A stretch of DNA of 64,000 nt, taken from contig JAXLNO010000260.1 in the NCBI GenBank assembly GCA_038087875.1, positions 248,001 to 312,000 on the forward strand, given 5' to 3'. This document shows positions 49,385 through 61,585 of the stretch, piece after piece. The notes beneath the pieces are model-generated. The model had not been told where the DNA came from, did no database searches, and saw nothing but the letters and a program-made list of their open reading frames with translations. The stretch is from Malacoraja senta. Taxonomy: Eukaryota. Made by a program: the position numbers and the translations under genes. Each line of letters starts with the position of its first letter. The stretch's first letter is position 1.

Positions 49385-51391
49385 GATAAAATACATCTCT
49401 TGATGCACCTGAACACATCATCAGTGATGTAACCCGGGGTCATTGGGTGTCTCGGGTCTTTCAACATCAGACACCCTCACCCAGGCGACCCAGCCATGGT
49501 TAATCAGACCACGACTTGTGTTCAGGTAGCATTCGCTCCTCCCCATGGAGTCCTCTCCTGAACCAGAGTCATCTCGAGGCTTTCTGTGGTGTTCTTGATG
49601 GCTCTTCACCTCTCCATTCCGTTGATGCCCAGTGCACTCAAGGCTCTGTAGAGCGATTGCCCTGCAAAACCCCTGCAGCCAACCTCGATGGGCATACACC
49701 TTGCCTTCCAGCCCTGCTTACGGCAGTCTATGACCAGCTCTTCGTACTTGGTCTTCTTCCTCTCGTGGGCCTCCTCCAGTCGGCCCTCCCACGGCACTGT
49801 CAGTTCCAACAAGACAATGTTTTTGGTCACCTCTGAGACCAGGAGGATGTCTGGCCTCAGGGTGGTCATGGCAAAGTGCCGTGGCAACTTCAGCTGTTTC
49901 ACCAGGTCTACAGAAAGCTGCCGGTCACGCACAGTCATCAGGATTCCTGACAGATTCCTGGCTGCTGTGGTTCTTGGCAGCTGCACTCCAGCCTTCACGA
50001 ACGTGATCATCTGGGTGGTGGGGCGTGCTCATCTGCAGCTAATTATTCCCATGCTGAAGGTTTCTGCAATGGGTTTTAGAACCTGGTTGTGACACCAGGT
50101 GTACCGGCCCTGCCCAAGACCCTTTAGGCAGCAGCTCAGGATGTGTTCCAATGTCCCCTTGTCTGAGAATTGCGGGCAATCTGGAGATTCCGCTTTGCCC
50201 CAGGCGAAGAGGTTCGATGGGCTGGGCAGGACATCGTACACTGCCTGGACCAGGAACTTGATACGCTGTGGTTCAGCTTGCCAGAGCTCCATCCATGTGA
50301 CTTTTTGGTCCATGGCCTGCTCCCACATGTCCAGGCCCCTTTCCTCCTCCACCTCTGCCCTCACTTCCTCCTGGACCAGCTTGCACCTCTCCTTCCCCTT
50401 GTCCTTGTCAAACTGGGGAGTTGGGACGATTTCCAGACCAGCTCTTCCCCGAGTCCCTGCTCCCACCGGGACTCTGTGGCGTATCCAAGACTCCGCTTGT
50501 AGCACGGCTTCGCTGGCTCTCCACTTCCTCCCAGTTTTCACCTCCACCCCTGCCTGAGCCACCTTGGGGTCGCTGGAGTCCCTGTACAGCATCATCTCTC
50601 TGGCCCGACTCACCTTAAACTCCTCCTCCAGGGACTTCAGGGGCAGCTGGAGCTTGGTGCTGTTTCCGTAAAAAGGGCGATGCTGCTAAGGCTCCTGGGC
50701 AGTCCCAGCCACCTCCTGAGGAAGCTGCTGACTTTCCTCTCCAATGTCTCTACGATGGAGATTGGGACTTCGTAGACAAGCAGTGGCCAGAGTATCCTTG
50801 GCAGAATACCATGATGGTAAATCCATGCCTTGAAATTGCCGTGAAGCCCCGACCGGTCCACCGCTCTCAACCAGCTCTCCAGCTCCTGACAGGTTGCCTG
50901 GACAGATGCTGTATCCTTCAGGCTGCTGTTAAACATCTAGCCAAGACTCTTCACTGGCCTTTCGGAGACAGTTGGATTGTTGTCCCTTCGATGCTGAAGT
51001 GGAACCTGTCCATGACTTTGCCCTTCTTCAGCACCAGTGACCTTGATTTTCCTGGCTTAATCCTCATCCTTGCCCATCCAATCAGTTTCTCCAACCCCTG
51101 CAGGATCCACCTGCCTCCTGGCACTGATTGGTGGTTGGCGCATTCCTGACTTGGTCCGAGGGCCCCGGCACTCTGGCTCAGCAGACTTGATGATGATGTT
51201 CATCGCCAAGGCAAAAAAGGATCACAGAGATGGTACAGCCTGTGATGATCCCAACCTCCAGTTCGTGCCACTCTGATGTTACTGACCCTGCTGAACTGGT
51301 TGTAATAGTCCAGGATGAGATCTGCCACTTGGCCCAGCACATAATGCTTGGCCATGACTGTCTGGATCAGCTTGTGTGGGATGGAGCCGTA
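49385..51391 (-). mobile_element. Hero-like (R2 group, restriction-like endonuclease) non-LTR retrotransposon, 5'-truncated and disrupted
   Basis: RT remnant YGSIPHKL; zinc knuckle CPQ..KGTLEHILSCC; WCHNQVL; RLE motif LRPDILLVS...LLELTVPWE...K..KY...PIEVGCRGF. The FMDD region appears deleted near 51128. Confidence 0.88.
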
Positions 51392-51642
51392 AACTAAACA
51401 TTGTTTTGGAGAATAGTAAGATTAAACGAGAACTTACCAGTTTGAAGTTTGATCTTTATTTTATTTTATGAGGAGTTACGTTGGTGATTACGTGAAGAAG
51501 TCCCGCCAGAGCGCATGCGCGTCAATCTTCAAAGCAGCGGTATGAAATCACAGATAACAGAATATTTGAAGTAACATAGTAAGATCAGCAACATGAGAAC
51601 TACCATATGACCTTTATGAGAGAGAGGGTTGGGCGTGGTGGG

Positions 51643-51754
51643 CACGTAATCACCAACGTAACTCCTCATAAAATAAAGATCAAACTTCAAACTGGTAAAT
51701 TCTCGTTTAATCTTACTATTTTACTTCGGAGTCACGTGAGTGATTCCGTGAAGA
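51643..51754. other. DIRS internal complementary region (ICR)
   Basis: 51643-51720 is the reverse complement of 51412-51494. 51718-51754 is the reverse complement of 57163-57199 with one mismatch. Confidence 0.92.
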
Positions 51755-51905
51755 GTTCAAAGCTCTGTGATTTTATGCCGCAGATTCAAATCCCGGCTTC
51801 TCACTGCATTGATTGACTCCAGATGAGAAATAATCAATAATGCGTTAAACAATTTGTTTGAATAATCAAAACAAACAGTATCCCCTCTATCCCAGGCGGA
51901 AAAAC

Positions 51906-52660
51906 TTAAACAGAACTTAATACTGAATTAACAAACAGACGATGGTAAAAATTTTGAAAAACAAATTCATGTGACCACCCGGCGGCTGCGAGAATATGGT
52001 CGACGGGAACGTCCATCGCCCTGGCCGCCGACGTTGCTGCTGCCCTAGTGGAATGATATGTAAACACGTCAGTATTAATACCTGCCTGAATCAACACTTG
52101 CTTTAACCACCTTGAGATAGTCTGCACTGACACTCTCTTGTGTGGTTTCTTGTAACTGATAACAATTCTGTTTCCACATTTCTTAAGGCCCTTGTAGCTT
52201 CAATATAATGTAATAAATGTGTCCTTACACATAAACATGGATCAGTAGGATATGCTGAAAACACAATTTTGAAACCCACTGACGAAGCATCTTGAGGACC
52301 ACACTTACATCCCAGATCGCCATATACCTGGGTTTAGGAGGTTTGGAGTTGAAAATTCCTTTCATCAATCGAGCTATGAGAGGATGAGAACCAATAGGAT
52401 CTTTCCCTGACCCCATCAAAAGATACAAGGACAAAGCACTTCTAGCTGTATTAATGGCGCTATAACTGAGCCCCTCATCATAGTAGAGTGTCGACAGGAA
52501 CTCTAAAACATCCACAATACCTGCAGTACTATAGTCAGTATTATTTTGTACACAATATTGCTCCCATTTTTTACATAAGTAATATACTGCTTTTGAGTAC
52601 TCTTTCTCCAGGCTGCAGTGAGCATATCCACAGTTCGCCCAGACAGTCTTCGCCCCAGGT
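51906..52660 (-). pseudogene. DIRS tyrosine recombinase remnant
   Basis: N-terminal LEFLSTLYYDEGLSYSAINTARSALS; C-terminal TISRWLK...HSTRAAATS...AAGWS...FQNFY. The middle part is lost near 52275. Confidence 0.9.
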
Positions 52661-52669
52661 ATAGCCTTC

Positions 52670-53697
52670 TCAAAACCTGCAAATTAACAAATCAATTCGG
52701 TCAAATAACGGATGACTTTCCCGTGTTACCGGGTGCTCCAGTAAATTCCTACGCTTGGGAACCACCAAATGAGGTTGGATCGCTAACTGTAACATCAAAG
52801 GGAACCATGCTTGAGTCGGCCAATTAGGTATTACAAGCACACCCGAAGCGGCATCCTGCTTGATTTTTTTCAGACACCGACCTATGAGGCAGAATGGTGG
52901 GAAAATATATAAAAACATACCACCCCAATGTAGCGAGAAAGCATCAATTGCAACTGCCCCCGGGTCTGGTTCCCATGAAACATATATAGGCAGCTGGTGG
53001 TTAAGCCTGGATGCAAACAAATCGATATCTGGCATTCCATATGTAACTACTATATTATTGAACACCTCCTGGTTCAACATCCACTCTGTGTTGTCATGGA
53101 ACTTTCGTGACCTGGCATCAGCTGCAATGTTGAATCTACCTGGTAGATAAATACCGGAAAGCCAAATATCTTTATCAATACACCAGGCCCAAATTTGATT
53201 AGCCAATCTGTCACAAGATAACGACTTGATTCCACCCATGTGATTAATATAGGCCACTGCCATAGTGTTGTCAAACTGACACTGAACATGCAGGTTACCT
53301 TTGTTAGAGCAATAAGCCTTATCCATAAAAAGCTCCTAAAAGCTCTAAATAGTTAATTCCCCATGTCTGCAGAAGTGATGCCTCTTGCTCAGTCCATCTG
53401 CCTCCACAGCTTGAACTCGTATCCGTGGCACCCCACCTGAGTGCACTGACATCCGTCTGCAAAATCATGGAAGGCTGCTCAAGCACTACATTGCTCGAAC
53501 TACTGGACACATGTTGAATCCACCATTGCAAATCAGCAACAGCCTCTGCTGCTAACTGCATGGGTCTATTATAATGACCCAAATGTATCCTTAGTGCCTG
53601 TTCCTTTGCCCTCTGTAACTGTTGGTAGTGCAATGGCCCATATTGAACTGCCGGAAATGCTGCCACTAATTTTCCAAGCATACTTGCCATTCTCTTA
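52670..53697 (-). pseudogene. DIRS RT-connection, RNase H and methyltransferase-like remnant
   Basis: TDVS(TDAS)..WGA, INYLELL, DNTMAVAYINHMGG, ADARSR, IDLFASRLN, DAF..W, YIFPPF; frameshift near 53322. Confidence 0.9.
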
Positions 53698-54146
53698 CCT
53701 TTGCTGGAGTTCCAACGAAATTTCATTCGCAAACACTGCCCATGTTGTCATTTCCATTAGATCGCTGATGCTGCTGGCCAACCTCTCTTGTAGTGGCTAG
53801 TCCATCTCCGACTGAGCAGCAATTTTAGAGGCAACGCCCACTGCTTTCCCTCATGCGATCGTCGTGCCTTATGCATTCAACATGGGATCCCGGCACATAG
53901 CCATGTTCGGATTCCTGTTTGGAGTTAATCCATACTAACCTTAGACACTCTTTTAGAGTGGGAGTAATCACAGCTGAAGCAGGTATCACCATCCATCTCC
54001 TCCATTTGCTTGTACATGCCTCTGCACCAAGCATGTTGTTCGACAACATTCCCCACAATCTTATCATATATGTGTGTGGCACCATCTTCATCCGCTATAC
54101 ATCCGCGTGGGAGGACTTATGCAACCTGCAACAGGAGCTTCCCCAG

Positions 54147-54503
54147 GCCTGTGTGCATGTATTTTAGCACCATCTCGACCACTACGGAGAACCAAGTGGG
54201 AGGAATGGCAACTCTGCAAACAGGTGTTGCTTCAGGCCCATGTGCATACTCCTGTAGCACTCTCTCGACCACTCTGCCATTTGAGTGGGAGAAATTTTGG
54301 CAACCCTTTATTAGGTGTTGCCTCAGGCATGTGTGCATGCATTTTAGCACTATCTCGAACATTGTGGTGCACCAAGTGGTAGGAATGGCAACCCTGCAAA
54401 CAGGTGTTGCTTCAGGCACATGTGCATTCTCCTGTAGCACTCTCTCGACCAATCTGACCCTTCAGTGGGAGGAATTTTGCAACCCTTTACTAGGTGTTGC
54501 TGC
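54147..54503. repeat. Tandem duplication of about 180 bp built from about 90-bp subunits inside DIRS
   Basis: tgtgtgcatg.attttagcac...ggaatggcaac.ctgcaaacaggtgttgcttcaggc...caaccctttA.taggtgttgc is present twice. Confidence 0.9.
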
Positions 54504-56088
54504 CTGACATGCCTTAAGATGGAGCGTTGTTGGATTGCGACGAGACGCAATCTTGTCTGACATTGATACCCCAGGCTTCGCACTCACTCTGACTTGGGGT
54601 TGTCATGTCGCTGCCTACAGCAGCCGCCAGGACTAGCCGTGCAAATCAATGCTCTGTTGGTATCCTCCTTCCCCAAACAGGCTGCACATGCTAGCGACTC
54701 CAAGTCGTGCTCTTTCCCGATGCCAACGCCTTCTATAGGGAAGAATTGGAGCGCCTCTGGCCCCCGTACATCAGACATAATGGGAAATGCTGGAACAAAA
54801 CTTAACAGTTATTTGTCATAGGCAAAGACATTTATGTGAATGAAGACGCCCATCCCAGTTAAATCTGGGATTTATTTACTTTAATATGAATAATCCGGTG
54901 TCTTGGGGAAGAAAACGTGCACAGTCCCTTTACTGAGCAGAATTACTATGATGCCACCTGGTGTAACTCCCACAGGTGACTGATAATACAGCTCAACAAG
55001 GCTTCCCATTTCCTAAATTGAGTAAATGATAATCATCTGTCTTGGTATGATAGTAACAACGTGACCTAATGGCAACTATAATGTCTACCCTTTTGAACGC
55101 TTCCCAAATTTGCGTTTGTCCTTAATTTAGAGGGCAGCACTGCCGGGATGCGTGAATTGTAAATTTTCCTTGAAGGCCAGCTTGGACCTAGACCTGAAAC
55201 CTCCACAGAATTAGCAGAAAATGCTACTGCCATAGACACATAAGGGTGATAAACCACTAGTCTCACTACCTGGGTTGGGGTTGGGGTCAGCCACACACTG
55301 ACCCCCTGTACTCCTCTCCACTGTGGGAATTGGTAAGGAGCCCTAGAAACACAGGTGCTGCTGCAATCCCCTGATGACCTGCCCTGATATGGCGCACCAT
55401 ATCAGGATAATACACGTGTGAGGACATACATATATAACAGAGGGGACCCTCCTGGCCAGGCTCCACATGGTTTCCCTCATACGGGCTGCCGAAGTCGGGG
55501 TCCCTGCCTCAATGAGTCGGGTAGTAACCCGACGACCATGCTCAGTCTGCACCCCGAACATCCTCGGGAGTTGCTGACCTTACTGTCAGCGACTCTAACA
55601 AGAGGTCAGATGGCCACCGGCTCCTCACTTTACCGCGGACCGTAGTCGGTATCCCCGCGGTCTAGAGAACCCCGCTGCCCATATTTAAAACGCATCTCGG
55701 GAGTCGCTGACCTCCCTGTCAGCGACTTGAAACAACAAGCCCAACAGCCATCTCTATCGTGACCGTAGCTTGCATAACCCGCGGTCGACAAAACCCCGCA
55801 GCCCGAATTAAACCTCGGACCGTTCTGTCCGCGACTGAACCAGCAAAACCTACCGGCCGCCTGCTACCGCACTCCCGCGGTCCGAAGCCGGCATCCCCAC
55901 AGTCAATATTTTCCCCGCGGTCCACCGGGTTATCTTCAATTCGATATCCAGCAGGAACCTGCGAGAAAAGATTCCTGCAACGGACAACCTGAAAAGTAAG
56001 TTTAAACTTACCTGCAGGATTTTTCAAACTTACCGCTGGAGGAGCTCTGTTCCTCCCAGCTGGTCTGCGCCAATGCGACTGACGTAAT

Positions 56089-57132
56089 GTTGGTATGTTA
56101 CAAAACTTACCTTCAGCAGCGCTGCAGTTCTGTCACTGCCCGTGTGCGCGACTTTGGCGCCTTTGAGAGGGGGGCGGGTTTAAAATGCGATATTTCGGCA
56201 GCCTATTCAAATCGATGTCTGTCAGGTAAATTAGCTGCTAAAGAAAAATCGCTTCGACTGCCGTTTTATTAAGTTTATTAAAATTAGCGCTTTATAATTT
56301 AATTGTTGGAGTAAAATTAAAATCATCTTCAAATGCCGTCAATGCTGACAATGGGACAGATTTCACGCACGGGACAAGGCAAGGTACGCCGTTTATTTTT
56401 TCATATAAACTTGCTTATTAGGATGCCTTTAATAAAAATTTCAAGTTGCGAAAATGTGATTATTTATATATACCAACCGGCAGTATTTTTCCTGCTGATA
56501 TTGGGGTTTAATTCACTGCAACCGCAAAGTTCCAAACCAGCGCGTTCCACAAAATCCCACTCGCAAGATGATTTAAATGCCCATTAATTTACAGGATTTA
56601 AACACTAAATTCCTTCCATTTGGCCTATAAATTAATGACAATGAGATTTAAAAATAATGTTATATTGTGAATTCTTGTGTGAATGTTATTTGGACACAGG
56701 CTTTTTAAAAATGTTAACTTTTTCTTAAGAAATGGATAGATATTTAGATCTAGTAATTGAATTTTGTAATTAGCTACAATTGGGTAACTAGCTAATTATA
56801 TGCTTTAATTTCAGGTCATCCAAGTAAGATTGTTTCATATTTGTTTCAGAATGCTTCAAGCTATAATAACTGAAAATTTCATTAAGTTCTCTTAATTTTT
56901 AAGAAAGTTATGGGCTTTTGACTGTCCTTGATCACAGCTTTTGTGTTAAGTCAATGGAAAAGCAATAGGGAACAATATGCTAATTTCCGAGTATGAAAAT
57001 GGCCATAACATTTTTAATACTGAAGATATGAAAGTGAATTAGGTGTCAAATTAAACTTCTTTTTATGCTTTATCTGATGGGATAAATTGCAGACTTGATT
57101 TTTAAAATCTCAAAATTTTGTAACATTGCTAC
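56089..57132 (-). mobile_element. Unclassified non-autonomous DNA transposon, copy 2 (5-bp TSD), inserted at the DIRS 5' ITR
   Basis: TSD GTAAT at 56084-56088 and 57133-57137. Ends GTTGGTATGTTACAA and TTGTAACATTGCTAC. Confidence 0.9.
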
Positions 57133-57354
57133 GTAATGACGCGCATGCGCTCTGGCGGGACTTCTTCACGGAACCACTCACGTGACTCCGAAGTAAAATC
57201 TCTGCTACTTTTCAGATGCAACACAAAAAAATAATAATTATATTTTATAGAATTTCTGTAATGATCCAGCCAATGACCGCCACCATTAAAGTATTGCTGC
57301 CTTATATTCAGTCTATTTGAAGTAAAGGCCAACATGGAAAAACATTATATTGAT

Positions 57355-57660
57355 TAGAGTCATAGAGTCATACACCACAGAAATAGGCCCTTTTGCCCAA
57401 CTTGCCCATGCTGCCCAAGATATTCCATCTACATTAATCCCACCTGTCGTCGTTTGGCCCATATCCCTCTGAACCGTTCTTATCCTTGTACCTGTCCAAA
57501 TGTACTTTAAATATTATAGTACCTGCCTTAACTACAGTACCTGCCCTGGTGAAAAGGTTGCCCCTCAGGTTCCTGATAAATCTCTCCCCTCTAACCTTAA
57601 ACCTATGTTCTTGATTCACCTACTCTGGGTAAAAGCCTGTGCATTCACCCTATGTATTCC
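57355..57660 (-). mobile_element. CR1 3' fragment with (CTATGACT)n tail
   Basis: agagtcatagagtcatac...aggcccttttgccc; ORF piece HRFKVRGERFIRNLRGNLFT. Confidence 0.8.
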
Positions 57661-57918
57661 TGCTTCACCCACGACTTCTATTACTTGATACTTGGAATAA
57701 AGTCGACTGATACAGGCCTGGAAATGTTTCCGTACATATCATGTTTTTCTGTGCTTTGAATAAGAAATGATTAAAAGCCTAATTGCTAAACATGTTGGGG
57801 AATCGCAGAGTGTTCCAGATCCTTCATCTGCATGGATGGAATAATATCAAAGGGTGTGCCATATAATTTTCCACATGAATTATGCAAATGAACGCTGGCT
57901 ATTCATAAGGAAGCAAGA

Positions 57919-58003
57919 GTAGGTCTGAAGAAGGGTCCCGACCCTAAACACACCTATTCATGTTCTCTAGGATGCTGCCTGATCTGCTGAGTTATTCCAG
58001 CAC
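57919..58003 (+). mobile_element. Penelope terminal fragment with mutated hammerhead
   Basis: UAGGU-CUGAAGA-AGGGUCCCGACCC-UAAACAC-ACCUA: a 5-bp stem I and stem II are intact, but G12 and the cleavage site are altered. Confidence 0.75.
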
Positions 58004-59239
58004 TTGGTATACTCTTTCCTGTGGAGAAGTGGTTGAAGTGGGTTCTATTGCGACATTTAAAAGACACTTAGACAAGAACATGGATAGGAATAGAGAGAAT
58101 GGTGGCAATAGAGACCTGCTCGGTGAAGCAACTTGGTCAGCATGGACAAGTTGGGCTGATGGGCCTGTTTCAATGCTATGACTCTATCTGTTTAGTGTGA
58201 AGTCAGGATTTTTTATGTGATTCCAATGTTCAGAGAGACATTTGGTTAATCGATTAATGAGGACAGTTGGAGAGAAATAAATCAAATTAACGGATATTTT
58301 AAAGCTGTGAAATGCTGCTGTTGATTTTGAATCTAATGGGGATGTTTGTTTAAGTGCCATCTGATCAGGCATTGTCTCTGGAGAGAGAAACTGTAAGATA
58401 GCACTTCACGTACTAATCTAGAACATTATATTTGATGCTCATCAGGTCTTTTCTGCTTGGAGAGATGAAACATTGAATAGGTGATTGCTTTGATGTAGAT
58501 GTCAATTGAGATGCAGGAAGGTATTGAGTTTCCCATTGGTTTGCCTCTTTAATTCTCTACTCTACTCCTATTTGACCTTTCTCTCCTGATGCAGGATCTT
58601 AACCTGAAATCTCAACATTTTCTTTTCACTCCACAGATGCTGCTCTTCCTGATGAGTTCCACCAACAGTTTGTTTTTGCTGCAGATTATAGCATTTGCTG
58701 TCCTTGTGAGCCTCCTGACATATGCCTGTGCCCTACAGCACTGTTATAATGAGGACCATCAGAAGCTAGATGTGTGGAACTTGGACACATTAGCAGCCTT
58801 TGGCTCTCAATATTGAATTCAACATTTTGGACAACTTACTTGTTCTGTTTGCATCAGAATGGGCCAGTTCAACTCTTTGTATTCATCATCCTTGCCCCAT
58901 TCTCTTGGCAACTTTAAACTAATTTGTTTGCTGATTAGAGTCATAAGGAACTGCAGATGTGGGAATCTTGCATCGAAAAAAAAATGCTGGGATAACTTAG
59001 TGGGTCAGGCAGCATTTCTCGATGACATGGACAGGCAACATTTTTGGTCGGGTCCCTTCTTTAGAATCAGTTCTCACTTCCCTAGTTTGACCTAAAGTAT
59101 ATTTTTGTTCACTTCAGATGTTGCTTGACTTGATGAGTATTTCCAACATTTCTCTTTTATTTCATATTTCCAGCACCTGCATTTCCTTTCATTTCCTCTT
59201 TCAAAGTCTTTAGCAGCTCCACAGACCCCAATTAGAGTC

Positions 59240-59750
59240 AAATAGAGTGACAGAGTCATACAGTGTGGTAACAGGCTGTTTGGCCCAACTTTCCCATGCT
59301 GACCAACATGCCCCATCCCACCTCCCTGTATTTGGCTCATATCCCTCTAAACCTATCCTATCCATGTACTTGTCAATTGTTTCTTAAACATTGCAATAGT
59401 ACCTGTTTCAACGGCCTCCTTTGGCAGCTCATTCCATACACCCACCACCCTTTGTGTAAAAATGTTACCCCTCAGGTTCTTATTAACGTATTTCCCCCTT
59501 AAACCTATGTCCTCTGGTTCTCAGTTCCCTACTCTGGGCAAAAGACTCCATGTATTTACCCGATCTATTTCTCTCATGATTTTTTACACCTCTATAAGAT
59601 CACCCCTCATCCACCTCCACTCGAAAGCGTAAAGACCTAGCCTGCTCAATCTCACCCTATAGTTCAGGCCCTCGAATCCTAGCAACCTCCTCATAAATTT
59701 TCTCAGCACCTTTTCCAGCTTGACAACAGATTTCCTATAACATGGTATCA
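59240..59750 (-). mobile_element. CR1 3' fragment
   Basis: KLEKVLRKFMRRLLGFEGLNYRVRLSRLGLY...RGDLIEV plus the 3' UTR. Confidence 0.8.
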
Positions 59751-60921
59751 ATACTAAAGGATTCATTTGTTTTTGTTTGTTTTTAAATGGGTTTAATGGA
59801 TAGGACAGGTTTGGAGGGATATGGACCAAAATGAATCTGATTTTTGTTTAGTGGGTAAACTGGCATAAGGAGCTGACAGTTGAATCTTGTATTCAGCATT
59901 GTTGCCAATAATGTGTCCTCCTGACCAATTCGACACTTAAAGCAAAGTTTTCTGTAAATTCACTTTGTACTTTGGCAGGTGGGACTAGTATAGCTAGGAC
60001 TTGGTGTGGGCAAGTTGGGCCAAAGGGCCTGTTTCCACACTGTATCACTCTATGACTCTATGACTCTAGTTGGGTGAACCTGAGCTTGCCCCATCGCACT
60101 CCACAGTCCCAATGATCATTCTCCACTTTTCCCTGCATGACCATTACTCATTCTAATCTTCTCCCACAAGGCATCTGCCCAGTAGTTTTCTGTGAGCGAG
60201 GCACATGGCCCATTATTTAATCCTGAAGAAGAGATAAGATGTCGTGAGAGTTATGTTGGATAATGAAAGCATGTTTATTTGAGACACAAAGCAAGATTTC
60301 AGGACGGGCTTCAACATCCCCATTTAAACAATTGGCATTCAGATTAACTTCTAACACACAATGATTTATACAATAGGAGATGGGTGCAAATCCTAGATGA
60401 TGGTTCCCTACACAGATTTGGGAAATGCAAATGAATAAACAGTTTTATCCGAGACTCAGCCCTTAAAAAATGCCCTCACTGAATGACCAAATTATTTTTG
60501 CAGTGCTTTCGTTGGAAGCGAGTATCATATCCATTGATTTTCTTTGGTAAGTGTCCGCGTAAAGCATTACGAGGAAAAATCTGTTGCCAGCACTAAATTG
60601 TCAGTCAGCATATGTTTTCAAATGGCCATTGACTTTAATTAGAGTGCAGATGGTCATCAGACAGCTATTATTTTACAACCAGTGGTACAGATCTGATTAA
60701 GTTATCCAAGTGATTCATTCCATTGTTTAAGTAACTGTTCCCGCTATCACTTTGCTATGTGGAATTGGTAGAAAATGAGTCTATGGATCATATTTTGTTT
60801 GCCGGTTGAAATATTGTGTTCATAAAAACTATCTTCCTACAAGCAGTTTGACAAAATCTTTTCAGAGAAGAATTGCATTTTTTTTAATCCTTAGTAATAT
60901 TCAGAGCATTGGTCTACTCTC

Positions 60922-61585
60922 TTAGTTTAGTTTAGTTTAGTTTATTATTGTCACATCTACTGAAGTAGAGGGAAAAGCTTTTGTTTGTGTACAATCCAGT
61001 CAAATAAAAGACTATACATGAATACAATCAAACCGTCCACAATGCATAGAAAAAGTATAAAGGGTACAATATTTAATGCAACAATATAACATTGAAGTCG
61101 ATGGGGTGACAAGGTGGCACAACGGTTGAGTTGCTGCCTTGCAATGCCAAAGATCAGGTTTGATCCTGACTACAGTTGCTGTCTGTACGCAGTTCATACA
61201 TTCTCCGCGTGACCACGAGGGTTTTCTCCGGGTGCTCCAGTTTCCTCCCACACTCCAAAGACGTACAGGTTTATAGGTTAATTGACTTCAGTAAAATTGT
61301 AAATTGTTCCTAGTGTGTAGGCTAGTGCTAGTGTACGGGGATTGCTGGTCACACGGATTTGGTGGGCGGAAGGGCCTGTTGCGTACTGTATCTCTAAAAC
61401 TAAAAACTAATACTAAAGTTTAAAGGTCTCCAATGAGGTAAATGGGAGGTCAGGACTGCACTCTAGCTGATGAGATGACCATTCAGTTGCCTGTTAACAG
61501 CTGGGAAGAAATTGTTCCTGAATCTGGAGGTATGCGTGTTCAAACTTCTGCACCGCCTACCCGATGGGAGAAGGGGAGAAGAGGA
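60922..61585 (-). mobile_element. Rex1/Babar-like LINE 3' end interrupted by a V-SINE
   Basis: (AAACT)n tail next to TGTGACAATAATAAAC; decayed LP.GRR.RS..TR..RFRNNFFP.V.RQLN C-terminus at 61480-61570. Confidence 0.7.
61103..61417 (+). mobile_element. tRNA-derived V-SINE (HE1-like)
   Basis: ggtggcacaacggttgagttgctgcc head, gggttttctccgggtgctccagtttcctcccacactccaaagac V-domain, and gaagggcctgtt...tgtatctctaaaact tail. Confidence 0.85.

Larger units (their letters stand above)
51412..57199 (-). mobile_element. DIRS1-type tyrosine-recombinase retrotransposon with internal deletions
   Basis: Inverted terminal repeats (51491-51524 vs 57137-57170), internal complementary region 51643-51754, RNase H, methyltransferase-like and YR remnants, and AAT at both ends. 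Confidence 0.93.

Noticed and set aside
49606..50010. Stand-alone restriction endonuclease gene
   Set aside because: It is the C-terminal RLE domain of a non-LTR retrotransposon ORF.
51906..53326. Phage integrase plus DNA methyltransferase (prophage or defence system)
   Set aside because: Domain order and the ITR/ICR structure identify a DIRS retrotransposon.
61103..61180. tRNA gene
   Set aside because: A decayed tRNA-derived SINE head continuing into a V-domain; no complete cloverleaf.
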